DNA of 64,000 nucleotides from Thainema sp. (GTDB lineage: Bacteria > Cyanobacteriota > Cyanobacteriia > Phormidesmidales > Phormidesmidaceae), in contig JBQLZK010000001.1 in NCBI GenBank assembly GCA_052168235.1, positions 128,001 to 192,000 of the forward strand, read 5' to 3'. A model generated the notes under the pieces. That model was not told where the DNA came from. It worked only from the letters and a program-made list of their open reading frames with translations, and ran no database searches. Below, piece by piece: positions 1 through 10,129 of the stretch; within the stretch, counting starts at the first letter, position 1; each line of letters starts with the position of its first letter. A program made the translations under genes and the position numbers.

Positions 1-65
1 GAGGTATTCCGCAAATTCAATTTGGCCCTGAAGAAGCGCTGAAGTTTCTGGATCGCTTTGCCTAG
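1..65 (+). CDS. 3' end of a small hypothetical protein, paralog of 3973..4224 (partial)
   Basis: Reads GIPQIQFGPEEALKFLDRFA* (TAG 63-65); the first 37 nt are identical to 4151-4187. Confidence 0.75.
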   Translation, partial: GIPQIQFGPEEALKFLDRFA

Positions 66-82
66 AAAGAGCAGGGACTCAA

Positions 83-2227
83 TTGAACAACCAGAGCTGC
101 AACGACGATCAAGAATACAGCGATTTCACTTCTCTCGCTAATGACGCTTCGCTGGGGCATTTTATCGTCTGTGGCTTGGGTAGTCTGGGGCAGCACTGTA
201 TTTTGAATTTGGATCGATTTGCCTCAGACGAGTTTGGCATTACGCTAGTCGGGGTTGATCAAGAACCTGCGGGTGATTGGGAGATTGATAACCTCTCCGA
301 TTTGCTGGCCCAGCCTCCCATCCGGGGAGATTGCCGTCGAGAGGATATCCTTAAGCAATCTGGCATTCACCACTGCCGCGCTATTTTGCTGGTGACGAGT
401 GATGAGAGTATTAATGTTGAAGCCGCGATCGCAGTTCGGCGACTGAATCCAACGGTGCAAATTGTCGTTCGATCATCTCGCGAAAATCTGAATCAACTAC
501 TCGAACGGCAGCTTGGTAACTTTGTAGCCCTGGATGCGACGAAGCTACCTGCGATTACCTTTGCCTTGGCTGGTTTGGGAGGTGAAATTCTAGGCATCTT
601 TAACAAAGGCAGCTACTGGTTTCGGGTTGTTCAGCAGCGAGTTGCTCCAACAGACTATCGCTTCGATAAATTTCCCATTCATCGGCTCCATCGCAAGCAT
701 CATCGGCTACTGGACTTCCAACCTGCTTACCCATACGATCTATCGCTGAGAAGGGCCACGACTGGATCATCTATTTTTCATCGCTGGCTGCCGGATATGT
801 CCGTTAATGCAGGTGATTGGGTTGCCTATGTTGAGCTGATGGAAAATAGCCCGAATTCAACGCCACAGGCACAACTGCGATCGCAGGGCATTTGGCAGCG
901 GATTCAGAGCAGACTGCAAGATCTGATTCAAGATGATTGGCGGCAGCGGTTGGCACGCTTTTGGCAGTGGGGCCGAGAAAAGCGAATTCAACGAATGTTG
1001 GTGTTTAGCACGTTAACCGCTGTTAGCCTGTGGGTGATTGGAACGATGCTGCTGAAGCTCAGTGTCTCTGGGCTCACCTGGCAAAAGGCCATGTCGCTTG
1101 GCGTCATCTTGTTACTGGGCGGTTATGGCGACGTATTCGGTGGTTTAGACGCCGACCCAATTCCCGGTTGGATTCAGTTCGTCTGCTTACTCATTACGTT
1201 AACCAGCCTTTTAGTGGTGCTGGGAATTCTGGGTTTGATCGCTGAACAGTTGCTGAGTTCTCGATTTGAGTTCTTGCAGCGCCGCCCACCCGTGCCGAAG
1301 TCAGATCACGTTGTGGTTGTTGGATTGGGACGCGTGGGGCAGCAGATCATTCAGTTTCTGCAAACGCTTAACCAGCCTCTGGTTGTGATTACCGAGCAAA
1401 TCCCCGCATCTGATTTGTTAAGCCGAGTACCCGTTTTTTCTGGCCCTATTCTGCGCGAACTCGCTAACGTGAATTTGGCTACAGCAAAAAGCGTGATCGC
1501 TGTGACCGATGACCAAATGCTGAATTTGGAAGTTGCGCTCACAGCCGTAGAAACAGCAGACCAGGTAAAACACCCGATTCACACCATCATCCGCACCTCT
1601 GATCAAAGCTTTAGCAACAACCTCGTGGCGCTGCTGCCCAATGCTAGAGCCTTCAGCGCCTATGCTCTGTCTGCCGAAGCGTTTGCAGGTGCTGCATTTG
1701 GTGAGGATATGCTGAGCCTGTTTCCCTTGAGTGGACAAACGATTCTGGTCGCTGAATATGAGGTAACCGAGGGCGATACGTTGGTGGGTAAGCTATTGGC
1801 TCAAGTAGCTTATGGATATGGGGTTGTGCCTGTTTACTATCTGCGATCGCAAACTATCACGGGCGAAGTGGCAGAGCTGATCATGCCGTCAGACGATTGG
1901 CGACTCCATGCTGGCGATCGAGTGGTGCTGCTGTCGTCCATCAATGGGCTGCGACGGATTGAGCGCGGCGAATTGACACCGCCCCGACGCTGGCAACTCA
2001 TCGTCAAACAGCCCCTAAATCGAGAGTTCACGCTAGAAGCAGGCAACACCCTAGCCAATATCTCAGGCTGCGATTTGGAAATAGCCAGAGCCTTTATGCA
2101 GCAGTTGCCGGGAGAAATGGAGCTTGAACTCTATGATTATCAAGCCCACCGTCTGCTGCAAGAGCTACGAAAGCAAATCCCCGTCAAGCTCATGCCACTT
2201 GAAATACCTCATGAATTGCCGACCTGA
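83..2227 (+). CDS. TrkA-N/RCK domain potassium channel family protein
   Basis: Two Rossmann RCK motifs (IVCGLGSLG, VVVGLGRVG) flank two TM helices with a pore-like LGGYGD; TrkA-C-like region follows. Confidence 0.8.
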   Translation: MNNQSCNDDQEYSDFTSLANDASLGHFIVCGLGSLGQHCILNLDRFASDEFGITLVGVDQEPAGDWEIDNLSDLLAQPPIRGDCRREDILKQSGIHHCRAILLVTSDESINVEAAIAVRRLNPTVQIVVRSSRENLNQLLERQLGNFVALDATKLPAITFALAGLGGEILGIFNKGSYWFRVVQQRVAPTDYRFDKFPIHRLHRKHHRLLDFQPAYPYDLSLRRATTGSSIFHRWLPDMSVNAGDWVAYVELMENSPNSTPQAQLRSQGIWQRIQSRLQDLIQDDWRQRLARFWQWGREKRIQRMLVFSTLTAVSLWVIGTMLLKLSVSGLTWQKAMSLGVILLLGGYGDVFGGLDADPIPGWIQFVCLLITLTSLLVVLGILGLIAEQLLSSRFEFLQRRPPVPKSDHVVVVGLGRVGQQIIQFLQTLNQPLVVITEQIPASDLLSRVPVFSGPILRELANVNLATAKSVIAVTDDQMLNLEVALTAVETADQVKHPIHTIIRTSDQSFSNNLVALLPNARAFSAYALSAEAFAGAAFGEDMLSLFPLSGQTILVAEYEVTEGDTLVGKLLAQVAYGYGVVPVYYLRSQTITGEVAELIMPSDDWRLHAGDRVVLLSSINGLRRIERGELTPPRRWQLIVKQPLNREFTLEAGNTLANISGCDLEIARAFMQQLPGEMELELYDYQAHRLLQELRKQIPVKLMPLEIPHELPT

Positions 2228-2276
2228 AATTCAGCTTCCTGCTTCCCGCTTGAAAAGCCTGATTAATAGCCGTTTC

Positions 2277-3386
2277 CTAAAATTCAGCTTCCTGCTTCAG
2301 CAGTTCTTCAATCGTCAGATCAAAGCGAGCCTCGCCCTCAAAGACGGTGCCCACTTTGCGGTTTTTCAAGTGCTCATGTGCGATCGCATGAGCCTCTTCC
2401 GGCAGCGCCGTGTATCCTACCACTGGAATCAGATAACGAGCGTTCGTCAGGTAATAATCTACAAATGCCTCTAGTTCAGGCTTTTGCTCCAGCGCATCGA
2501 CACTGACATAGATAAACAAAGGCCGGGTCAGCGGCTGGTACTCCCCACTGCTCACCGTTTCGTCTGATGGTGGCACTGGCCCATTGCCGTTGTCGATACT
2601 GAGCGCCTTCAAAGCCGTTTGGCTCTCTTCGTAGTAGGCATAGCCAAAATATCCCAGGCTGTTTGGATCGGTACGAACACCCCGCACCAATTCGGTATCG
2701 TCTTCGCTGGCGGTGTAATCGGTGCGGCTCGCTCCGGATTCACCCATAATGGCCTCAGTGAAGTAGTCAAACGTTCCCGAATCTTGATCTGCACCATAGA
2801 GGTTAATTGGCTCATCCGGCCAGTCTGGGCGAATCTGATTCCAGCGGCTAATCTGCCCTTCTGCTGCTGGTTCCCACAGCATCTTCAACTCATCAACGGT
2901 GATGTCCTCAGCCCAGTCGTTGTCGGGATGAACCGCAATGGTCAAGGCATCAAAGGCCACTGGCAACTCGATATATTCCACACCAGCATCCTTACAGGCA
3001 GCCATCTCATCTTTGGTAATCGGGCGAGATGCCCCGTTAATATCGGTTTCTCCCGCACAGAATTTGCGAAAGCCACCCGTCGTACCAGAGAACGCCACGT
3101 CGATTGAAGGAGCAGCCTCCGCCTTTTCAAACTGATATTCCTTCGCCACTTCATCCGAAATTGGATAGACCGTACTCGATCCATCAATTGCGATCGCAGT
3201 TGGTGATGATACCTCTGCCAATTCAGGCTGAGTAGATTCAGTTGATTCAATTGAAGCGGAACAGCCAACAGTTGTCAGCAATAAACTTAAGGCCATCACG
3301 CAGCGACGTTTCTGAAATATTGCCCATTGTGGAACCGATAATTGCGGCGTAGATGATTGGGGAGCTGGTGAAAGCATAGCCATCAT
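2277..3386 (-). CDS. pstS: PstS-family phosphate ABC transporter substrate-binding lipoprotein
   Basis: IDGSSTVYP, SGTTGGFRKFC, SGTFDYF and YQPLTRPLFIY motifs; lipobox-like TVGC. Confidence 0.88.
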   Translation of the reverse strand: MMAMLSPAPQSSTPQLSVPQWAIFQKRRCVMALSLLLTTVGCSASIESTESTQPELAEVSSPTAIAIDGSSTVYPISDEVAKEYQFEKAEAAPSIDVAFSGTTGGFRKFCAGETDINGASRPITKDEMAACKDAGVEYIELPVAFDALTIAVHPDNDWAEDITVDELKMLWEPAAEGQISRWNQIRPDWPDEPINLYGADQDSGTFDYFTEAIMGESGASRTDYTASEDDTELVRGVRTDPNSLGYFGYAYYEESQTALKALSIDNGNGPVPPSDETVSSGEYQPLTRPLFIYVSVDALEQKPELEAFVDYYLTNARYLIPVVGYTALPEEAHAIAHEHLKNRKVGTVFEGEARFDLTIEELLKQEAEF

Positions 3387-3495
3387 GCCTCCTGTGAAGA
3401 CACTATGTTTATCAGCAAACCAAAATTGTTTAAATTCTCAAGTCATGCAGAATACATCATGAAGCAACGACACGACATGAACTGCCATCCCTGTC

Positions 3496-3771
3496 TCACG
3501 CTTCATCAGCTTGAGACGATTCATTATCTGCAATTCCCAGTCCTTTCTTCGTGCGCTTGAGTTCTTTCCACGCCTGCTTAATCCCTTGGTACGCTTCACC
3601 CGCTGGAATTTTGCCACCCGTCTCTAAAGCACACAGATAACTAACCTGATGCGCAAACTCCTGCAGATTAATATTGAACGCCAACTGCTCAGGGCTGAAC
3701 TCACCGTAGTATTGGCTACGGGCTTGTAAGAACTCTTGTTTTCCAATCACCGGATGATTATCAGTATTCAT
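3496..3771 (-). CDS. Conserved cyanobacterial small protein (DUF7219-like)
   Basis: YYGEFSPEQLAFNINLQEFAHQVSYLCALETGGKI pattern recognised from conserved cyanobacterial hypotheticals. Confidence 0.7.
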   Translation of the reverse strand: MNTDNHPVIGKQEFLQARSQYYGEFSPEQLAFNINLQEFAHQVSYLCALETGGKIPAGEAYQGIKQAWKELKRTKKGLGIADNESSQADEA

Positions 3772-3972
3772 CGCTACATCACCTCAAACGAATATATTTA
3801 AATTAGCCTAAACTTTGACTGCTCTCTCTGCGACGGAAGAGAAGATTTACAACAGCCTCGTATAGTAAGGTTGCGAGCGGACTTCATCTGTTTCGCTAAA
3901 GAGAGTGTCAGCTCTTACTGATTTGGTTAGCTAGCCGTTTATGTTTAACGTAAATTTAAACTGTTATTCTGT

Positions 3973-4224
3973 TTGGACAGCGCGATGAAACAGGACATGG
4001 CTGCCGTCTGCCAGCAACTGTTAACTAAAGCCGCTAATTGTGGCTTAGCCTGTCTGCTCTCTGAACAAGAGGGTTGCCGGATTCAACCTAACGGTCGGGC
4101 ACCAGAGTGGTATCTGATGGCTCAGGATGAAAATTGGCTGCTCGTTGTCCGAGGTATTCCGCAAATTCAATTTGGCCCTGAAGAAGCATTGAAATTTCTC
4201 GACCGCTTTGCCAAGAGAGTTTAA
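3973..4224 (+). CDS. Small hypothetical protein (start may be the ATG a few codons in)
   Basis: 83-aa ORF; a paralogous copy at the window start supports coding status. Confidence 0.7.
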   Translation: MDSAMKQDMAAVCQQLLTKAANCGLACLLSEQEGCRIQPNGRAPEWYLMAQDENWLLVVRGIPQIQFGPEEALKFLDRFAKRV

Positions 4225-4231
4225 CCAGTTC

Positions 4232-4390
4232 CTAATCGTCTGAACAGGACTCAATATTTAAACGGCTCCGCTTTCTCAAGCACGCCATCATCTGTTGCCG
4301 CACCAACCTAGACCACTCTTTAAACTGCTGCGGGTCTAAGCGGGCAGGTTGTGTCACATGCAGAGAATCGGCTTCGACTTGATTGATCAT
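4232..4390 (-). CDS. Small hypothetical protein, 52 aa (absent from ORF track)
   Basis: GGAGG Shine-Dalgarno 7 nt before ATG; MINQVEADSLHVTQPARLDPQQFKEWSRLVRQQMMACLRKRSRLNIESCSDD*. Confidence 0.6.
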   Translation of the reverse strand: MINQVEADSLHVTQPARLDPQQFKEWSRLVRQQMMACLRKRSRLNIESCSDD

Positions 4391-4625
4391 GGCTCGTCCT
4401 CCGATCGCTTATCTACATCATTGATCTTGACAAATTTATGCCGCGAAAGAGTTTAATTGGCATTTAAGATTTGGTAGTCTTTACGTCAAATCTGCGTGTA
4501 AAAACTCAATTTCCTTTTGCGAAACGCTCGCCAAGCAAGCATTTCACAAAAAGAAATGGCGAATTTTCAAACGGACTTCATACTACGTTGAATTACGTTA
4601 GAAAGCCTTACACCAGCAAGCCAGT

Positions 4626-6188
4626 TCATTCGCACCAAGAATGGAGTGCTCGTAGCTGTGGTGTTTTCTTCATCTGGTGGGCTTCCATCCGAGTCAGGAC
4701 ATCGTCCAGAATTGTAATGGCTTCTGCGATGAATGGCCCCTTATTTAGCATGACGCATTCGGCTCGTTCCGCCATTGCCGCATCGGTCATTTCTCCACGA
4801 GAAGGTGCGCCCTTCTTCACCAAATTTTCTAGCACTTGTGTAGCCCAGATAACAGGCACATGAGCCGCTTCACAGAGCCAAAGGATTTCCTCCTGCATCT
4901 CTGCCAAGCGCTGATAACCAATTTCAACGGCGAGATCTCCCCGCGCAATCATCACCCCAAATGACCGCTTACCTGCTGCGTGAATGATCAGCTCAGGCAA
5001 GTTGCGGACTGCCACAGGAGTTTCAATCTTGGCCACAATCGCTGGATTTTTTTCTGTCCCCTGACATCGCTTATCAAGCTCTGCCTGAAGCAAATCGATA
5101 TCACCCGCATGTTGAACAAACGAATAGCCAATAATGTCAGCATGACGTGCAACAAAGTCCAGATCTTTAAAATCTTTCTCTGTCAGAGGACTTAGGGGCA
5201 AAACTGTACCCGGAAAGTTGAGCCCTTTTTCTGATTTTAATCTCTCGCCTTTGGGGCGAGCGTGGGTTACTTGAAGTAACAGCGCATCTTCGCCATCGGG
5301 TAGCGGATAGTGAAGATCCACAACGCGGGTACGAATTTTGCCATCATCAATGTAAACAGGGGTATCTACAGTGAGCTGCTCTAGAATTTTAGGCACTGTG
5401 CAGGATGTTTGGAAGTAGCTTGTCGGCGATGGAGGTGGGCTGTCAAGTTCTTGCATGATGCTGAAGTGAGGAACTGAGCGAGACAAAATCAGATAGTCTC
5501 CATGAAATAACCGTTTCTGATCCGGCGGGACGAAAACTGGGCCAGTGCGAATTTTAGGCCCAGCCAGATCCATCATGACTTTGCAGGCTCTGTCAGTTTC
5601 CAACTCGGCTCGACAGGTATGAGCAATCATACTGCCCCAAGCTGTTGCATCATCATGAGCACAGTTGATTCGCACACAACTTGCCCCTCGCACCACAATC
5701 TCTCGAACTAGGTCATAATTTGTGGCTGCCTCAGTGGGCAGAGTGACCATAATTTGAACACGGCGATGACCTAAAGGTTGACCCAGCAAGTTTGCAGCGT
5801 GGCGTTGAAGTATGCGATCGCCTTCAAAAAACGCCTCAAGGGGTGGATGAATCGCTCCTTCTCTTTCACCACAGATTACTTTGAGGGTAGCAATCACTGC
5901 ATCTAAATTGGGCATCACCCGTGCTTCAATGCGGCCCAGTGACGACAGACCCCAAGGCATCAAGGTCGTTTGGAGAGAGCGGAGGTCGTGGCGACGTAGC
6001 GCCAGATAGCGAGCTAGATTCAACGCACTTGGCAGAAATTCTGGGCGTTGAATATAAGCTCTCCATTCATTAAAGATCTCTAGTGCTTCGGTCTCAACAT
6101 CCTGGCGCAGGATTTGTAGCGTTGCCAGCAAATCGTGGGGGGGCAATGGGGATGATGGTTTGACTTGACCCTGAAGTTGATTAACCAT
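4626..6188 (-). CDS. pyk: Pyruvate kinase (barrel domain with N-terminal extension)
   Basis: RINCAHD, DLAGPKIRTG, KGLNFPG, IVAKIET, MIARGDLAVE, ATQVLE and CVMLNKG motifs. Confidence 0.85.
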   Translation of the reverse strand: MVNQLQGQVKPSSPLPPHDLLATLQILRQDVETEALEIFNEWRAYIQRPEFLPSALNLARYLALRRHDLRSLQTTLMPWGLSSLGRIEARVMPNLDAVIATLKVICGEREGAIHPPLEAFFEGDRILQRHAANLLGQPLGHRRVQIMVTLPTEAATNYDLVREIVVRGASCVRINCAHDDATAWGSMIAHTCRAELETDRACKVMMDLAGPKIRTGPVFVPPDQKRLFHGDYLILSRSVPHFSIMQELDSPPPSPTSYFQTSCTVPKILEQLTVDTPVYIDDGKIRTRVVDLHYPLPDGEDALLLQVTHARPKGERLKSEKGLNFPGTVLPLSPLTEKDFKDLDFVARHADIIGYSFVQHAGDIDLLQAELDKRCQGTEKNPAIVAKIETPVAVRNLPELIIHAAGKRSFGVMIARGDLAVEIGYQRLAEMQEEILWLCEAAHVPVIWATQVLENLVKKGAPSRGEMTDAAMAERAECVMLNKGPFIAEAITILDDVLTRMEAHQMKKTPQLRALHSWCE

Positions 6189-6323
6189 TTTGCCAACTCC
6201 TTATTAGGGCTTTTACCTTTAGTTTCAGACGAAAGCAGGAGCGCAATTGATAAATGTCAAATTTCGATACTTAATTAAGAAAAGGTAAACCCTCACTCTG
6301 CAATTTGCCACAAACAATAAGCG

Positions 6324-8078
6324 TTAATACATTTGGCATAGCTGCCCATCTTCTTCGGCCTGATCTGGCATCTTGGTAGAGATAGTCTCAGTTGGTTCTA
6401 ATTGACTGCTCTGTAACTGAACCGGCAGAAAAATTGTAAACCGTGTTCCATGCCCTACCTGGGATTCGCAGGTCATCTGTCCTTGATGCCGATCGATAGC
6501 ACGACAACTGATCGCTAGACCCAAACCCGTGCCAATATCGGCAGGTTTAGTGGTAAAAAACGGCTCAAAAATGCGTTCTCTCACATGCTCGGGAATGCCA
6601 GGGCCATTATCAGCAATTTCAACATAAATTTGTTCGTTATTATATTGCCCAGTTGTAATTTGGATCTGCTTCACTGAATCTGTAGCTTGTTCTTCTAACG
6701 CATCAACCGCATTACCGATTAAGTTGGTGAAAACCTGATAAAGCGAACCTGCATATCCTTCAATTTCAGGAATTGAGCCATAGTGGCAATTGACTTGAAT
6801 ATGATTTTTAATTCGATTTCGCAAAATCAATAACGCACCATCAATACAATCATGAACTTTCAAGAGATGCGTTTCCGATTCGTTCAATCGCGAGAAATTG
6901 CGTAAACTGAGCACAATCTGTCTTGCCCGTTCTGAACCAACTTTCATTGATGACAAGAGCTTAGGCAGATCTGATTTGATGAACTCTAAATCCAGTTCTT
7001 CTCTCGCATCTTGTATCCGGTCAGATGACGGCGAGAGTTCTGTCTCATAGATTTGAATTAGCTGAAATAGATCATTGATATAGTTTTCAGCAAAATTGAT
7101 GTTTCCATAGACGAAATTGATGGGATTATTGATTTCGTGAGCCACACCAGCGAGCATCCGGCCTAAGCTAGCCATTCTCTCACTTTCAATCAATTTTTCG
7201 GCTTGTTCCTGCCGTTGGGCATCTAATAAACGTCTAATTTGCTGAATCAACTGATTAAAGCTTGTTGCCAAATCTCCCACTTCATCAAAGCTGGCGACAG
7301 GTACATGTAGATCCAGATTATTTTCATCCCGCACTCGACGAGCAATCTGCGTCACCTGATTCAGCGGCTTTGTAATCGCGCGACTCGTCAGCCAAGCACA
7401 TAAAATTGACAAAATAATTGAAATAAAAGCGCTAGCAATAATGATATGAACTTGTGCTCTTTCAGCAGCATTTAAATTTTGCTGAGCGACCTGATAGCGC
7501 TGGGAGGCTGTTTGCACAAATGGCGCAATATCTTGAGTCAACAGATACAGTCGTCGGGACTTGGGACTTTTAACAAATTTTAGATAAGTCTGTATTGAAA
7601 CGTTTCGCTGCTCGCCTGTGCTGGAATATACCGGAAACTCGTCGATCAGGATTTCCAGTTCACGTTGATAAACGCTAAGGGTTGTGCGATGCGAGTCTAA
7701 TAGCGCTAACAATTTTGGAGAACTTACAACAGTAGCATCACCCCTAAGTTGCTGAAAAGACTGCTCGGCAACGGCTAGCCTTTGATTGATTTCCAGTTGC
7801 TGACGCTGAAACTCTTCGGGACTGCCCAGACTATTTAGCAAAATTTGTTGATGAAACGGTAGCGCAGCAATGTTTGTCTGCAAATCCCTCAAACGGCTTT
7901 CCTGCAAGCGTGTTTCGGCCAGATTTCGGATAGCTGCACGCTCATATCGATGGGAAATGGCAAAGCCAACACCCGTTCCAATCACGGTGATACTGAGGAT
8001 CAAGATATAGCCAACGCTAATCTTGTCACGAATGCACAACTGTCGCCGGAAGGTACGTATAGCTTTCTGTATAAGCAT
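6324..8078 (-). CDS. Membrane sensor histidine kinase (HAMP-HisKA-HATPase)
   Basis: Two TM helices, HAMP, H-box AHEINNP, N-box NAVDA, DNGPG, FFTTK and GTGLGL. Confidence 0.92.
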   Translation of the reverse strand: MLIQKAIRTFRRQLCIRDKISVGYILILSITVIGTGVGFAISHRYERAAIRNLAETRLQESRLRDLQTNIAALPFHQQILLNSLGSPEEFQRQQLEINQRLAVAEQSFQQLRGDATVVSSPKLLALLDSHRTTLSVYQRELEILIDEFPVYSSTGEQRNVSIQTYLKFVKSPKSRRLYLLTQDIAPFVQTASQRYQVAQQNLNAAERAQVHIIIASAFISIILSILCAWLTSRAITKPLNQVTQIARRVRDENNLDLHVPVASFDEVGDLATSFNQLIQQIRRLLDAQRQEQAEKLIESERMASLGRMLAGVAHEINNPINFVYGNINFAENYINDLFQLIQIYETELSPSSDRIQDAREELDLEFIKSDLPKLLSSMKVGSERARQIVLSLRNFSRLNESETHLLKVHDCIDGALLILRNRIKNHIQVNCHYGSIPEIEGYAGSLYQVFTNLIGNAVDALEEQATDSVKQIQITTGQYNNEQIYVEIADNGPGIPEHVRERIFEPFFTTKPADIGTGLGLAISCRAIDRHQGQMTCESQVGHGTRFTIFLPVQLQSSQLEPTETISTKMPDQAEEDGQLCQMY

Positions 8079-8644
8079 GACTGGAAATTTATTTACTAGC
8101 CGATGATAAGTTTATCTAAGCCCCGTATTTAGTATCTCCGAATCAACGTAAAAAAGGCAACAATGCATTTCCAGATTATACGGATTTCACTGAAACGCAA
8201 TTAGGCAAATCTAAAAAATCCGGTTAGTTAAATTGAACTAATTCTTAAGGCCAAAATCATCAAAATTGATTATTGGGGTAGTTAAAATACAACTTTTATT
8301 AATGCATTCTTAACGACTTGATTAACTGCCTGATCAATTGACCGAAGTACTAGTTCCGCTCCCACATTCAATCATATTTTCAAAATTGATCAGGTGCTTT
8401 ATTTAGTAAATTCAGGCAGCAAAATATTATACGGTCAAAAAATATATAAGCCACTCAAGTCACTTTACTTAAGAAAGCGCGATCGCACTTTGGGTAGGAA
8501 GCACAGGAAGGAGAAACCAGCTGAGTCGAACGAGAACTGACGAGGCGCGAGCTACGGAGACTTTTATCCGGTAGTCAATTTTTGATTTTTGCCAGACACT
8601 GGATATACAGCTTTTCACAAATTTCATACCTGATATCACAGCTT

Positions 8645-9779
8645 ATGGATGTATTGGACATTAAACGCGACGTAGAACAACTGTCGAGTCGCCTGGGCAA
8701 AGCCCAGGACTATCTTTGACGTTCCCGCACTTACCGCCAAGATTCAAGATTTAGAGCAGCTCGCGGCTCAGCCCGACTTTTGGGACAACCCCGATCATGC
8801 CCAGCAGCAGATGCAGGAGCTTAACGATCTAAAGTCTCACCTGGAGCAGATGGATCAGTGGCGATCGCAACTGGACGATGTTCAGTCCTTTGTTGAATTA
8901 ATGGACGGCGAAGCCGCTGATGAGGCGCTGCTTCAGGAAGCGCAAGAGAACGTACAGCAGCTTTATCGGGCGCTGGATCAGTGGGAACTGCAGCAGTTGC
9001 TGTCAGGCCCGTATGACCAGCGGGGCGCAGTGCTGTCGATCAACGCGGGTGCAGGCGGCACGGATGCCCAAGACTGGGCGGAGATGCTGTTGCGCATGTA
9101 TACCCGCTGGGGTGAAGCTCAAGGATACAAGGTTCACCTGACGGAAATCTCAGAGGGCGACGAAGCGGGAATCAAGTCCGCCACGTTAGAAATTGATGGT
9201 AAGTATGCCTACGGCTATCTCAAGTCGGAGAAAGGCACCCATCGGCTCGTGCGCATTTCGCCATTCAATGCCAACGGCAAGCGCCAAACCAGCTTTGCTG
9301 GGGTGGAAGTGATGCCCGTGTTGGATGACACGATTGAGCTGAATATTCCCGAAAAGGATTTGGACATTAACACTTCGCGCTCTGGTGGTGCGGGTGGTCA
9401 GAATGTAAACAAAGTAGAAACGGCGGTACGGATTACCCACATTCCCACTGGGATTTCGGTGCGCTGTACCCAAGAGCGATCGCAACTGCAAAACCGCGAG
9501 AAAGCGATGGCGATTCTAAAAGCCAAGCTGCTGCTAATTGCCCAAGAACAGCGAGCCAAAGAGGTTGCTGATATTCGAGGCGATATGGTTGAAGCAGCCT
9601 GGGGCAACCAGATCCGCAACTATGTCTTCCATCCCTATCAGATGGTGAAAGATTTACGCACTGGGGAGGAGACAACCGCGATCGACGATGTAATGAATGG
9701 TGAATTGGCCGAGTTTATTGAAGCGTACCTGCGGCAAGAAAATAATTTAGTTGACGATACGGCTGCTGAGCTGGTCTAA
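8645..9779 (+). CDS. prfB: Peptide chain release factor 2 with programmed +1 frameshift
   Basis: ATG 8645 encodes [24 protein letters not shown], then CTT-TGA-C (8714-8720); the +1 frame continues DVPALTAKI...PDFWD into the ORF with SPF and GGQ motifs. Confidence 0.96.
8706..8720 (+). promoter_or_regulatory. prfB +1 frameshift site (AGGAC-TAT-CTT-TGA-C)
   Basis: Canonical CTTTGAC slippery/stop site preceded by an SD-like AGGA. Confidence 0.92.
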
Positions 9780-9786
9780 ATAGCTA

Positions 9787-9847
9787 AAAACCGAGCGAAT
9801 AGGCAAAAGGCAGGCTGAGCCTGCCTTTTGCCTATTCGCTCGGTTTT
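9787..9847. repeat. Perfect palindrome (29-bp arms, TGA loop), probable prfB terminator
   Basis: aaaaccgagcgaataggcaaaaggcaggc-tga-gcctgccttttgcctattcgctcggtttt directly after the prfB stop. Confidence 0.8.
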
Positions 9848-9905
9848 ATTATGAGGATTTGCATACATCTCCACACCATTTATAGAGATCAAACTGAGAA
9901 CGATT

Positions 9906-9923
9906 GTTACAATGTGTTACGTA
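9906..9923 (+). promoter_or_regulatory. Candidate HLR1 (RpaB-binding) direct repeat
   Basis: GTTACAAT-gt-GTTACGTA matches (G/T)TTACA(T/A)(T/A)-N2 tandem with one mismatch, upstream of the ABC1 kinase. Confidence 0.4.
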
Positions 9924-10129
9924 ACGTGTTTAAGAATGACACTCTACAAACGATGGCGTAGTTTTTCTACTGCTCAGCCGATGTGGCAATTGGAAGAAGT
10001 TGATACCTTGGTTCTAAGCGGCACACATTCAATTCGCCTGAATTGCAACAATATCGTTGATTGGAGTTGTTCTTAAACGCTCTGCTTTAATATCCGCTCA
10101 TTTTGCTCAATTTTGCCTTCGGAGGCTGT

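Noticed and set aside
8511..8562. GAAAC...GTC...CTGACGA resembling a hammerhead ribozyme core
   Set aside because: The flanking sequence cannot form stems I and II; probably a chance match.
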